A stretch of DNA of 64,000 nucleotides from Candidatus Kaiserbacteria bacterium (GTDB lineage Bacteria > Patescibacteriota > Minisyncoccia > Phycocordibacterales > UBA918). The position numbers and the translations under genes were made by a program. The stretch spans positions 176,539 through 240,538 of the forward strand of contig JAHQWD010000003.1 of NCBI GenBank assembly GCA_019634005.1, given 5' to 3'. Shown one piece after another: positions 19,093-28,901 of this stretch. Below the pieces are notes generated by a model. The model was not told the DNA's origin. It saw only the letters and a program-made list of their open reading frames with translations, and did no database searches. Each line of letters opens with the position of its first letter. Position 1 is the first letter of the stretch.

Positions 19093-20124
19093 ATGAAGAA
19101 ACGTATATTTGTCGGGCTCTCTGGAGGAGTGGATTCTTCAGTTGCTGCATATAGATTGCGTGAACAGGGACACGAAGTTATCGGGGTCTTTATTAAGACA
19201 TGGCAACCAGATTTTATTCAATGCACATGGGAGACAGAACGTCTTGATGCAATGCGTGTTGCGGCACATCTCAACATCCCGTTTCTTACCTTTGATGCGG
19301 TTGATGCCTATAAGACAGGAGTTGCAGAGTACATGATTTCAGAATATGCACATGGGCGTACACCGAATCCTGATGTGATGTGTAACCAGCATGTAAAGTT
19401 TGGCGCATTTCTAGAATTTGCGCGGTCGCATGGTGCTGACGCAGTCGCGACAGGACACTATGCACAGATATCACACGACAAAGATGGATACCACCTACTT
19501 CGTGGAAAAGATAGAGAGAAGGATCAAAGCTATTTTCTTTGGACGCTTACACAAGATCAGTTGAGACATATTGTGTTTCCTGTAGGAGATCTGCCAAAGA
19601 AGGAGGTACGACGTATTGCAAAAAAAATTGGTCTTCCCACCGCAGTGAAGAAAGATAGTCAGGGGATTTGTTTTTTGGGGCAGATAGATATGAGAGATTT
19701 TCTCGGACATTATGTAGACCTTACAGAGGGAGCCGTGCTTGATACAAAAGGCATCGAAATAGGTATGCATGCGGGAGCGCTACTCTATACCTATGGACAA
19801 CGACACGGATTCACTATCACCGAGCAGACAACTTCTACGAAACCACACTATGTTATTGCGAAGGATCTAGATGAAAATACGATTACGGTCTCAGAAGAGC
19901 CACCTATAATACAAGATGCAGAGATTGTGCTTGAGCACGTACACGAGATACAGCCGTGCGCAGGAGTACTCTCTGCACAGTTGCGATATCGTGGAAGAAC
20001 ATACAAAGCCTCGCTTGAAGAACGTGTGCTTGCAGTGAAAGAAGAGGTGCCGAAGCCTGCGAGCGGACAATCTTGTGTACTATATAGGGAAGATGAGTGC
20101 CTAGGGGGTGGTATCATAGTCTAA
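19093..20124 (+). CDS. mnmA: tRNA 2-thiouridine(34) synthase
   Basis: SGGVDSSV, TPNPDVMCN, ATGHYA, KDQSYFL, KKDSQGICF. Confidence 0.97.
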   Translation: MKKRIFVGLSGGVDSSVAAYRLREQGHEVIGVFIKTWQPDFIQCTWETERLDAMRVAAHLNIPFLTFDAVDAYKTGVAEYMISEYAHGRTPNPDVMCNQHVKFGAFLEFARSHGADAVATGHYAQISHDKDGYHLLRGKDREKDQSYFLWTLTQDQLRHIVFPVGDLPKKEVRRIAKKIGLPTAVKKDSQGICFLGQIDMRDFLGHYVDLTEGAVLDTKGIEIGMHAGALLYTYGQRHGFTITEQTTSTKPHYVIAKDLDENTITVSEEPPIIQDAEIVLEHVHEIQPCAGVLSAQLRYRGRTYKASLEERVLAVKEEVPKPASGQSCVLYREDECLGGGIIV

Positions 20125-20125
20125 T

Positions 20126-20959
20126 ATGTTGATCACAAAACGAGACGGAACAAAAGAACCATTTGATCCAAAGAAGCTGGAACGATCGCTTCGTCGGGCA
20201 GGTGCCACGAAGGCTCAGATTGATCGCGTTACCAAGCAAGTAACGGAACGTATAACAGAAGGAATGACCACGGGTGCTATATATCGACATGCGTTTAAGG
20301 CGCTTCATAAAGAGACAGTACCTCCCGCAGCAAAATATTCTCTTTCTCGTGCTGTTGCAGATCTTGGGCCTACAGGATTCCCGTTTGAAGACTTTCTTGC
20401 ACGAATGTTCCAACGTGAAGGGTACGATACAAAGACACGCATCATTATGAAAGGTAAGTGCGCATCACATGAGATTGATGTCGCAGGATATTCCAAGGAC
20501 AAGAGCTTTATCGCTGAAGCAAAGTTTCATTCCCGCGGAAAGACACGGTCTGATATCCAGACAACATTGTACTCCTATGCACGATACCTGGATCTCAAGG
20601 CGCTTCCTGTGTGCTCAAAGGACACCTGTGGCGTTACAGACCTTATGCTTATTACCAATACTCGTTTTACAAAAGCTGCGGTAGATTATGCGAAGTGTGC
20701 AGGATTGGAACTTTTGAGTTGGCGTTATCCTAAGAAAAATACGCTTCAAGACCGTATTGCACGTGCAGGAGTGTTTCCTATCACCGTACTCTCGACACTG
20801 ACAAGGAAAGAGAAAGCGGTACTTCTTGAACAGGGGGTCGTTATTTGTAGCGATATTATTAAAAAACCGCACATTTTGGACCAGTATGGGCTCGCGCGGG
20901 GGAAACGGGAGGCAGTAATAGCGGAAGCTCGTCAACTTTGCCACGGTATGGAGGGGTGA
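20126..20959 (+). CDS. ATP-cone domain fused to an Mrr-like PD-(D/E)XK restriction endonuclease domain
   Basis: ITKRDGTKEPFDPKKL ATP cone; GFPFEDF..HEIDV..IAEAKFH..LITNTRFT nuclease core. Confidence 0.8.
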   Translation: MLITKRDGTKEPFDPKKLERSLRRAGATKAQIDRVTKQVTERITEGMTTGAIYRHAFKALHKETVPPAAKYSLSRAVADLGPTGFPFEDFLARMFQREGYDTKTRIIMKGKCASHEIDVAGYSKDKSFIAEAKFHSRGKTRSDIQTTLYSYARYLDLKALPVCSKDTCGVTDLMLITNTRFTKAAVDYAKCAGLELLSWRYPKKNTLQDRIARAGVFPITVLSTLTRKEKAVLLEQGVVICSDIIKKPHILDQYGLARGKREAVIAEARQLCHGMEG

Positions 20960-20993
20960 TACAATGCCGTTCATTAGAGGTATTGTAATTACT

Positions 20994-21485
20994 ATGGATA
21001 ATACAACAGTAAAACAGGAACAGAACAAGACTATCGTGGCATTTGTCCTCGGTCTTATTATCGGCGGTCTTCTCGTTTGGATCTTCACACCAAGCACTGA
21101 CGTGGAAGTAGTTGAAGAGAAGATGGAAGCAGAAGCCATGGAAGAGCAAACGGAGAGCATGGTCATGGTTGCAGAAGAAGGATCTCTTAGCGTTTCCGAT
21201 CAGGCTGCTGGAGAGATTGTTACATTTACTACAGATGCGTACCCAGCAACTGGTGGCTGGATTGCAGTACGAGAGTACGTTGATAACCTTCCAGGAAATA
21301 TCCTCGGTGTTGCACGATACAACACAGAGCAGGGTCTCTTCCCGACAGAAGTGGAACTTCTCCGTGGTACTGAAGCAGGGAATACTTACCGAATCTCATT
21401 CTTCACTGATAATGGTGACGAAGAGTTTGATACTGGCGTTGATGTAGAGGTGCTTGCGGGAGCAGCAATCTTTATGGCTCAGTAG
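20994..21485 (+). CDS. Membrane-anchored extracellular hypothetical protein
   Basis: Single TM followed by a beta-rich domain. Confidence 0.7.
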   Translation: MDNTTVKQEQNKTIVAFVLGLIIGGLLVWIFTPSTDVEVVEEKMEAEAMEEQTESMVMVAEEGSLSVSDQAAGEIVTFTTDAYPATGGWIAVREYVDNLPGNILGVARYNTEQGLFPTEVELLRGTEAGNTYRISFFTDNGDEEFDTGVDVEVLAGAAIFMAQ

Positions 21486-21506
21486 GAGAATATCTTCCTA
21501 TATAAG

Positions 21507-21533
21507 AAAAGCCTCCCAATAGGGAGGTTTTTT
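21507..21533. terminator. Bidirectional terminator
   Basis: AAAAGCCTCCC-aata-GGGAGGTTTTTT. Confidence 0.8.
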
Positions 21534-21573
21534 AGTGCAGCCATGGCCTCGACAATGCCGAGGCCAGCAAATG

Positions 21574-22053
21574 TTATTGTGTAATTGCCGTCAATTTCTC
21601 GTATGCAGTGCGGTAGAGAGGAGAATCTGTTTTTGCTTGATTAGCAGTCTCGTAACCATACTCCTTCATAATTTCCGCAAGCAACGCCTCGAGTTCCGCT
21701 TTTGTCTTGGCGTTTGCACACCAAAATCTGTGTAGCCTATGTTTTCTTGCACGAATCTTCAGGCCGCAGAGGCGGGCTACCCGAATTCGAAATGTTCTAT
21801 ACCGAGCGTCATAGCGCTCGGGAGAATCAAGAGCTATTTCAGAGATACGTCGTACGTCCTCTTTCAAGAACGTACACAGTTTCCTAAAGCTGTACTCATC
21901 GGTGAGATATACGTGTCGTGGTGACATGTACAGACGGTTATGCAGTCGAAGCGCTTGTTCCCAGTCTCGTGCGCGCGAGATAAAGAAACATTGCTTTAAG
22001 AGCCAACACTTTCGAAGCAGTCGAAGCCTAATACGGCGGTATATCTGAGGCAT
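21574..22053 (-). CDS. Basic hypothetical protein (ORFan)
   Basis: AAGGGAG RBS; TTGACG-17-TAGATT upstream (22118-22090). Confidence 0.5.
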   Translation of the reverse strand: MPQIYRRIRLRLLRKCWLLKQCFFISRARDWEQALRLHNRLYMSPRHVYLTDEYSFRKLCTFLKEDVRRISEIALDSPERYDARYRTFRIRVARLCGLKIRARKHRLHRFWCANAKTKAELEALLAEIMKEYGYETANQAKTDSPLYRTAYEKLTAITQ

Positions 22054-22150
22054 GTAAAACTCCCTTAATTTTTATGTTCAACCCACTTCGAATCTACAAT
22101 ATAATATCTATTTCGTCAATTAAAGAAACCTCATGATACAATGCAGGGTA

Positions 22151-22939
22151 ATGGCACAGTACATAAAGCGATATAATCCAAACAGATCTCCAGACTGGAA
22201 CTACGGTGGTTCTAAGTGGCGACTCTCTCGTTCAAAGATAGATCTTTTCATAGAGTGCCCCCGCTGTTTTTATCTTGATAACAAGCTTGGTACTAAACGA
22301 CCAGGTATGCCATCGTTCAACCTTAATATCGCTGTTGACCTCCTCTTTAAAAATGAGTTTGATCATTTTCGTACAAAAAAAGAGCAACATCCTATCATGA
22401 AGAAGTATGGTATTGATGCGTTGCCATATCAACATAAGGATTTAGATATCTGGCGAGACAACTTTAAGGGTGTCGAACATACCCACAAAGAGACGGGACT
22501 TGTTGTCTCTGGAGCGGTAGATGATGTATGGGAGGATAGTGAGGGGAATCTCATTGTCGTAGATTATAAAGCCACATCCAAAGAAGGGACCATTGAGACA
22601 CTCTCGGATTCCTCGTGGGAAGATCAGTATAAGAGGCAAATGGGTGTGTATCAGTGGCTCTTGGAGCAAAACGGCTTTTCGGTCTCAAAGACTGGTTATT
22701 TTGTATATGCCAATGCATCAAGTGATCGTGAGGCATTTAATGATACTCTAGAGTTTGAGACCACCCTGGTACCATGTGAAGGTACGACCGAATGGGTAGA
22801 CGAAACACTTGTTGCCATCAAAGGGACGCTTGAAAGCGATCAGTTGCCCCCAAGCGGAGCGCATTGCGAGTACTGTCCGTACCGTGAAGCAGCAGGGAAG
22901 AAGTTACAGGCTATTTATAAGAAAAACCATGGGAAATAA
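22151..22939 (+). CDS. PD-(D/E)XK nuclease, RecB/Cas4-like with Cys cluster
   Basis: LSRSKIDLFIECPRCF, GAVDDVW..IVVDYKAT, QMGVYQW, CEYCPY. Confidence 0.85.
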   Translation: MAQYIKRYNPNRSPDWNYGGSKWRLSRSKIDLFIECPRCFYLDNKLGTKRPGMPSFNLNIAVDLLFKNEFDHFRTKKEQHPIMKKYGIDALPYQHKDLDIWRDNFKGVEHTHKETGLVVSGAVDDVWEDSEGNLIVVDYKATSKEGTIETLSDSSWEDQYKRQMGVYQWLLEQNGFSVSKTGYFVYANASSDREAFNDTLEFETTLVPCEGTTEWVDETLVAIKGTLESDQLPPSGAHCEYCPYREAAGKKLQAIYKKNHGK

Positions 22940-23192
22940 TTTTACAGAAGAAGTGAAAGCGGTTGTACGTACCATTCCAAAGGGTTCTGTTATGACTTAC
23001 GCTGAGGTTGCCACAAAGGTGGGGAGTCCGAAGGCTTACAGAGCTGTTGCAAATATCATGGCGGCAAATTATGACAAAACCGTTCCGTGTCATCGAGTTA
23101 TTCGCACGGATGGAGGGCTTGGAGGGTATAATCGGGGTGGTGTTGAAGCAAAACGTGCACTACTTATCAGAGAAGGAGTATTGATGAAATAA
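22929..23192 (+). CDS. Methylated-DNA--protein-cysteine methyltransferase (MGMT/Ogt, DNA-binding domain only)
   Basis: IPKGSVMTYAEVA..RAVAN..VPCHRVI..GGY. Confidence 0.92.
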   Translation: MGNNFTEEVKAVVRTIPKGSVMTYAEVATKVGSPKAYRAVANIMAANYDKTVPCHRVIRTDGGLGGYNRGGVEAKRALLIREGVLMK

Positions 23193-23194
23193 GT

Positions 23195-23608
23195 ATGGAA
23201 CCATTAACTAGCGGAGATCAATTTGGACGGGAGTACAAGATGGGTGTTGAGAAGATTGAAGCAGAACAGGACAAACTTAAACAACTTCAATTGCGTGCCA
23301 GTGAGATACCGCAGTATATTAAAGAATTAGAGACTCGGATTGCTCAAGACGATCAGCAAGAGCAGGAACTTAAAGAACGTGAGAGTCAGATTCGCAAAGA
23401 GATTGAGGGAATACGAACAGAGCTCTCTCGGCTGGCAAGAGATGAGGAAAAAGCAAAGGCGGAGCTTCGTCAAAAAACATCCGAGAAAAGAAAGGTGGAT
23501 ACCGATCTGCGGGAAAAGGAGAATCTTATTCAACGTATGAATACTGATCTCCGTCAGAGACAACGTCGTCTTGAAGATGCGGCTCGCAAGATGGGTAAAC
23601 GTGCATAA
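23195..23608 (+). CDS. Coiled-coil hypothetical protein
   Basis: 137 aa of heptad-like E/K/Q/R-rich sequence within the operon. Confidence 0.7.
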   Translation: MEPLTSGDQFGREYKMGVEKIEAEQDKLKQLQLRASEIPQYIKELETRIAQDDQQEQELKERESQIRKEIEGIRTELSRLARDEEKAKAELRQKTSEKRKVDTDLREKENLIQRMNTDLRQRQRRLEDAARKMGKRA

Positions 23609-23616
23609 GGGTTACT

Positions 23617-24282
23617 ATGGAGGTAGACATTAATCCATCGTGGAAAAAGGAACTCAAAGAGGAGTTTGATAAACCGTATTTCAAAGAGCTTACTGACTTT
23701 GTGCGTGGAGAATATCTATCACAGACAGTGTATCCACGACCGAATAATATATTCAGAGCATTTGCACTCTGTCCATTTGATGAGGTGAAGGTCGTCATTC
23801 TTGGGCAAGACCCATACCACGGGGAAGGACAAGCAAATGGACTTTCGTTTGCCGTGGGGAAGGATGTGCGACTACCTCCTTCTCTACAAAACATCTGTAA
23901 GGAGATAGCGGATGATATTGGTGAAATAATACATACAGACGGAGATCTTTCCCGATGGGCGAAACAGGGAGTGCTCCTCCTGAATGCGACACTCTCTGTG
24001 CGTGCGGGGCAGGCTGGATCACACCAAGGAAAGGGGTGGGAAGATTTTACTGATGCAGTGATCCAGAGACTTTCCGAAAAGCGAGAGGGACTGGTATTTA
24101 TGTTATGGGGGAATTACGCGAAAGCAAAGGGTGCACACATTGACCGAAAGAAGCATCTTGTACTTGAGGCCGCACACCCATCACCATTTTCAGCACATAG
24201 TGGATTTTTTGGGTGTAAGCACTTTAGCAAGGCAAATATGTATTTGGAGGAGCGTGGACAGAAACCTATCGATTGGCTGTGA
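23617..24282 (+). CDS. ung: Uracil-DNA glycosylase family 1
   Basis: GQDPYH, PPSL, GVLLLN, HPSP. Confidence 0.97.
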   Translation: MEVDINPSWKKELKEEFDKPYFKELTDFVRGEYLSQTVYPRPNNIFRAFALCPFDEVKVVILGQDPYHGEGQANGLSFAVGKDVRLPPSLQNICKEIADDIGEIIHTDGDLSRWAKQGVLLLNATLSVRAGQAGSHQGKGWEDFTDAVIQRLSEKREGLVFMLWGNYAKAKGAHIDRKKHLVLEAAHPSPFSAHSGFFGCKHFSKANMYLEERGQKPIDWL

Positions 24283-24298
24283 TACTATGTGATGAAGT

Positions 24299-24877
24299 AT
24301 GTTGTATTCATATCGTATAGAACAAGCAATACGTGCCGCGGCATTACTCCACCGTACACAGGTACGGAAAGGGCCTGTGCCACTTCCATATGTGACACAC
24401 CTCTTTGCAGTCGCGTTTATTCTCTCAGACTACACTGATGATGAGGATGTGATCATTGCAGGACTCCTGCACGACACGCTTGAAGATACCGAGTACAGTG
24501 AAGAAGAGCTCCGTGAAGACTTTGGACGACGGGTCTTTGAGATAGTTCGTGCGGTCTCAGAACAAACCGAAGGAGAAAAGGGTCCGTGGAAAGAGCGTAA
24601 GAAAGCGTATGCAAAACAGCTTACCGAAGCGCCGCAAGAAGCGCTTATGGTCTCTTGTGCAGACAAGATTCACAACATGCGCTCCACCATTGAAGGATAT
24701 TATGGTAATCATGAAGGATTCCTTAGAGAGCTTGCAAAGCCATCTGTTGAGGATCAGGTATGGTTCCATCAGACAGTGAGCAATATTTTGAATCGACGGT
24801 TGAAGAATGATATAGTGCACGAATTCAACCACGTATTTACCGAATATAAGAAATTTGCACTCAATGAAGACCGCTAA
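24299..24877 (+). CDS. HD-domain protein, small alarmone hydrolase (RelA/SpoT HD, Mesh1-like)
   Basis: HRTQVRK..PYVTHL..AGLLHDTLEDT..ADKIHNMR. Confidence 0.85.
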   Translation: MLYSYRIEQAIRAAALLHRTQVRKGPVPLPYVTHLFAVAFILSDYTDDEDVIIAGLLHDTLEDTEYSEEELREDFGRRVFEIVRAVSEQTEGEKGPWKERKKAYAKQLTEAPQEALMVSCADKIHNMRSTIEGYYGNHEGFLRELAKPSVEDQVWFHQTVSNILNRRLKNDIVHEFNHVFTEYKKFALNEDR

Positions 24878-26678
24878 GACACTTCTCCAGACACTTAATA
24901 CAGATTTTCGGCGTATGCACACACGCTACGAGAAGCTTTTCTGGCAGTCATACATGGGTGATCACAGTATTGATCCTCAGTTTGAGAAAGCGCAGATTGC
25001 TCGAGAGAAGTTTCGCACTGATACAAAGCGTGCACATGCTGTACAAGAGGCATTAAAGACAGCAAACGGCACGGAGAAAAAGAAACTGATGCAATGGGCA
25101 CATTTCTTTGAAACATTTCAAACACCAGAACATCTCAAGCCACTTTTTGCAGAGATTACAGAGCTTGAGACAAAAATACTTAAGAAACAGACAAGCAGGA
25201 AAGAAGGATACATTCATCCAAAGACAAAGAAGTTTGTTCGTGCGTCTCGTGCACAGATGCAGGACATCATGACCACACATGATGATGAGCGGATTCGTAA
25301 AGCATGTTTCGTTGCACTTGAAGGACTCGCACAGGTGTGTGTTGAAGAGTTCATAGAACTCGTTGGACTACGGAATAAGTATGCACAAGAGCTTGGATAC
25401 GAAGATTTCTATGCATACAAGGCATATGTCGAGGAGCGAATGAGCAAGGCGGAGATTTTCAAGATATTTGACACCATCTATGAGAAGACAAAGTATGCTT
25501 TCAAGGATCTTCGGAAAATGGAGAAAAAAATGCCAGGACTCCGAAAGCCATGGAATAGGGGGTACCTTCTCGCAGGAGACTTCACGAAAGAGTCTGATCA
25601 GTACTTTCCATTTGAGGAGGCACTCACGCGCTGGGGGACATCGTTTGCTCGATTGGGCATCTCATATCAAGGTGGCACACTGCAACTAGATCTTCTCGAT
25701 CGAAAAGGGAAGTACGAGAATGGATTCTGTCACTGGCCAGATGTTGTGTACTTTGAAAAAAATAAGCGTATTCCTGGATCAGCGAACTTTACGTGTAACG
25801 TAACCTACGGACAGGTTGGTTCTGCTGAGGATGGATACAACACACTCTTTCATGAAGGAGGACATGCGGCGCACCTTCTTAATACCGAAGAGACGGAAGC
25901 CTGTGTCAACAATGAGTACCCACCAGCATCTACTGCATGGGCAGAGACACAGTCTATGTTCCTTGACTCTATGCTGAGTAGCGTCGAGTGGGCTTCTCGG
26001 TATGCAAAGAATGCTGAGAGAGAAACATATCCATTCTCTCTCTATGAACGAGAGGTGCGTAAACTCCATGCACTGAATCCACTTTCAATGAATGGCATAT
26101 CATCTGTTATGGAGTTTGAACGACGCATCTATGAGGAGAAAAAACTCTCAAAGACAAAAGTTTTGAAGATCGCAAAGGAAGTATTTACAAAGTATACCGA
26201 TACTGCGGTACCAAGCCTTCGACTCCTCAGTATCCCGCATATTTATTCTTGGGAAAGTTCCTGTTCGTATCACGGGTACGGACTTGCACTACTTTCTGTC
26301 GCACAGTGGAGAGAGTATTTTTATAAAAAGTATGGGTACATTGTCGACAACCCACGTGTTGGAAAAGAAATGAAAGCTATGTGGAAGTACGGGTCTGCAC
26401 TACCACTTCAGGAGTGTGTGCGGCGTGCAACAGGGAAAAAGCTAACACCTGCGGCGTATATCAAGAACATTACGCTCCCGCTTGAGAAAATTCTTAACCG
26501 AGCAAAGAAGCGTATCAAAACACTTGAAACTGTCCCTGACAGAAAGAAGGTGGTAAAGCTCAATGCCACCATCAAAATGGTTCATGGAAAGAAGGTGGTT
26601 GCGACTAATAAGAAGAGTTTTGAGGATATGGCAGAGACCTATGCACAATGGCTTGAAACACAGCGGGTGAAAAGTTAG
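24864..26678 (+). CDS. M3-family metallopeptidase
   Basis: LDRKGKYENGFC, TLFHEGGHAAH, AETQS. Confidence 0.85.
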   Translation: MKTAKTLLQTLNTDFRRMHTRYEKLFWQSYMGDHSIDPQFEKAQIAREKFRTDTKRAHAVQEALKTANGTEKKKLMQWAHFFETFQTPEHLKPLFAEITELETKILKKQTSRKEGYIHPKTKKFVRASRAQMQDIMTTHDDERIRKACFVALEGLAQVCVEEFIELVGLRNKYAQELGYEDFYAYKAYVEERMSKAEIFKIFDTIYEKTKYAFKDLRKMEKKMPGLRKPWNRGYLLAGDFTKESDQYFPFEEALTRWGTSFARLGISYQGGTLQLDLLDRKGKYENGFCHWPDVVYFEKNKRIPGSANFTCNVTYGQVGSAEDGYNTLFHEGGHAAHLLNTEETEACVNNEYPPASTAWAETQSMFLDSMLSSVEWASRYAKNAERETYPFSLYEREVRKLHALNPLSMNGISSVMEFERRIYEEKKLSKTKVLKIAKEVFTKYTDTAVPSLRLLSIPHIYSWESSCSYHGYGLALLSVAQWREYFYKKYGYIVDNPRVGKEMKAMWKYGSALPLQECVRRATGKKLTPAAYIKNITLPLEKILNRAKKRIKTLETVPDRKKVVKLNATIKMVHGKKVVATNKKSFEDMAETYAQWLETQRVKS

Positions 26679-26690
26679 TAAAATGACCGT

Positions 26691-26966
26691 ATGAATTTGT
26701 TACTCATTGGACTTACAATCGGTGTTCTTGGAAAGATCATGCTCGGTATTGCGGTACTCCGTGTACATCTCGGTATTCTTCATGAGCATCATATTGATAA
26801 CGTGGTACTTCGCTCCATCAAGAGAGAACAGACTGTTACGCTTATCGGACTCCTCCTCATTGTTGTTGGCTATCTCTTTGAAATGTTCTTCTATACAGGA
26901 ACACTTTCATTCCTCTGTGAGATTGCTGAGTGCTTTATTGAAATAGCCGCCCCCGCTGTGCAATAA
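26691..26966 (+). CDS. Small two-TM membrane protein
   Basis: Two hydrophobic helices. Confidence 0.65.
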   Translation: MNLLLIGLTIGVLGKIMLGIAVLRVHLGILHEHHIDNVVLRSIKREQTVTLIGLLLIVVGYLFEMFFYTGTLSFLCEIAECFIEIAAPAVQ

Positions 26967-26992
26967 GCATATCTTTGTTATACTCTGAATCT

Positions 26993-28861
26993 ATGTCTGG
27001 GAATGAAATACGAGAACGGTTTTTAAAGTATATGGAGGAGCGGAATCATGCGGTTATTCCGTCTGCTGCCCTTGTTCCAGAGAATGACCCCACCACACTC
27101 TTTACAGGAAGTGGTATGCAGCCACTCGTTCCATATTTAATGGGAGAATCTCACCCAAAGGGAACACGACTCGCAGATTCTCAGAAATGTTTCCGTGCTG
27201 AGGATATAGAAGAGGTGGGAGATAATAGACACACTACCTTCTTTGAGATGCTCGGAAACTGGTCTCTCGGAGACTACTTTAAAGAAGAGCAGATATCATG
27301 GTTTTATAGTTTTCTTGTAGATGAGATCGGTCTGAATCCAGAGAATCTCTACGTAACCGTCTTTGCAGGAGATGAAGAGAACAATGTGCCCCAAGATGAT
27401 GAAGCTGTTGCTATCTGGCAGAAACTCTTTCAAGAGAAAGGGGTTAGTGACGGCGTTGCACGTATGGGATCTGAAGAAGATGGAGCGAAGCGTGGTATGC
27501 GGGAAGGAGAACGTATCTTCTATTACGACGCATCAAAGAACTGGTGGAGTAGGGCAGGAAAGCCAGAGAATATGCCTGCTGGAGAGCCAGGAGGACCAGA
27601 CTCTGAAGTCTTTTATGATTTCGGTACAGAACATGATCCTGCATTTGGAGAACACTGTCATCCAAACTGTGATTGCGGACGCTTCCTTGAGATTGGAAAC
27701 AACGTCTTCATGGAATACGTGAAGCAAGAAGACGGAACATTCGGAAAGCTTCCTGCGCAGAACGTGGACTTTGGTGGTGGCTTAGAACGTATTACCGCAG
27801 CAGCACTCGGGGAGTCTGATGTCTTTAAGGTGGATCTTCTTTCAAATGTTATTGAACAGATCGCAACACTCTCTGGGAAATCTTATGAAGATAATCTTGT
27901 TCCATTCCGTGTCATCTGTGATCATATACGTGGTGCTGTCTTCATGATTGGGGATGGTGTCATGCCATCAAATACAGAGCAGGGGTACTTTGTGCGACGT
28001 CTCCTTCGTCGAAGTGTGCGGTATGCGGATACACTTGGTATTGGAGAAGGAAAGCTCGCAGATCTTGCAGAAAGCGTTGTCGAGACATATCAGGGTCACT
28101 ATACAAATCTTGGAGAGCAGAAAGACCAGATTATTGAAACTATCCGCACTGAGGAAGCGCAATTCCGAAAGACTCTAGAGAAAGGTCTCAAACACTTTGA
28201 GAAATTAGCTCACGGAGATATTACGGGATACGAAGCATACATTCTCTTCACTACCTATGGATTCCCTGTGGAGCTTACCGAAGAGCTTGCGGTACAGCGA
28301 GGTCACGTGGTGGATATGGAAGGGTTTAAGGAGGAAATGAAGAAGCATCAGGAGGCATCGCGCGCAGGTGCTGCGGAAAAGTTTGCGGGTGGACTTGCGG
28401 ATCATTCAGAAAAGGTGGTGCAATATCATACCGCAACCCACCTTTTGCTCGCAGGACTTCGTAAAGAGCTAGGGGATGATGTGCACCAGGCGGGATCTAA
28501 TATTACTGGGGAACGACTCCGATTTGACTTCACCCACCCAGAAAAAGTGTCTGCAGAGGTGTTAGAAAAAGTAGAGGAGTACGTAAATACTGCTATTAAA
28601 GCAGGGGCTAGTGTCTCAACCCAGACCATGACAAAGACTGATGCAGAGAGTGATCCAACAGTGGAAGGAAGTTTCTGGGATAAGTATCCAGACGAGGTGA
28701 AAGTGTATACCGTAAAAGATGAAGCGGGGAATGTATACTCCCGAGAACTGTGCGGTGGGCCACATGTAGAAAACACGGGAATCATTGATGGAACATTTAA
28801 GATTGTAAAAGAATCTTCTTCATCTGCGGGAGTACGACGTATTAAAGCGATACTTGAATAA
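26993..28861 (+). CDS. alaS: Alanine--tRNA ligase lacking the C-Ala domain
   Basis: DPTTLFTGSGMQP, HTTFFEMLGNWS, editing HTATH..ELCGGPHV; ends at GVRRIKA. Confidence 0.96.
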   Translation: MSGNEIRERFLKYMEERNHAVIPSAALVPENDPTTLFTGSGMQPLVPYLMGESHPKGTRLADSQKCFRAEDIEEVGDNRHTTFFEMLGNWSLGDYFKEEQISWFYSFLVDEIGLNPENLYVTVFAGDEENNVPQDDEAVAIWQKLFQEKGVSDGVARMGSEEDGAKRGMREGERIFYYDASKNWWSRAGKPENMPAGEPGGPDSEVFYDFGTEHDPAFGEHCHPNCDCGRFLEIGNNVFMEYVKQEDGTFGKLPAQNVDFGGGLERITAAALGESDVFKVDLLSNVIEQIATLSGKSYEDNLVPFRVICDHIRGAVFMIGDGVMPSNTEQGYFVRRLLRRSVRYADTLGIGEGKLADLAESVVETYQGHYTNLGEQKDQIIETIRTEEAQFRKTLEKGLKHFEKLAHGDITGYEAYILFTTYGFPVELTEELAVQRGHVVDMEGFKEEMKKHQEASRAGAAEKFAGGLADHSEKVVQYHTATHLLLAGLRKELGDDVHQAGSNITGERLRFDFTHPEKVSAEVLEKVEEYVNTAIKAGASVSTQTMTKTDAESDPTVEGSFWDKYPDEVKVYTVKDEAGNVYSRELCGGPHVENTGIIDGTFKIVKESSSSAGVRRIKAILE

Positions 28862-28901
28862 GTAATCTCTCAAGAGAAAATCTAGGTGTATAATCTAATA
28901 C

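Noticed and set aside
22151-22939. Cas4-like nuclease as evidence of CRISPR-Cas
   Set aside because: No cas1/cas2, effector genes or repeat-spacer array seen anywhere in the window
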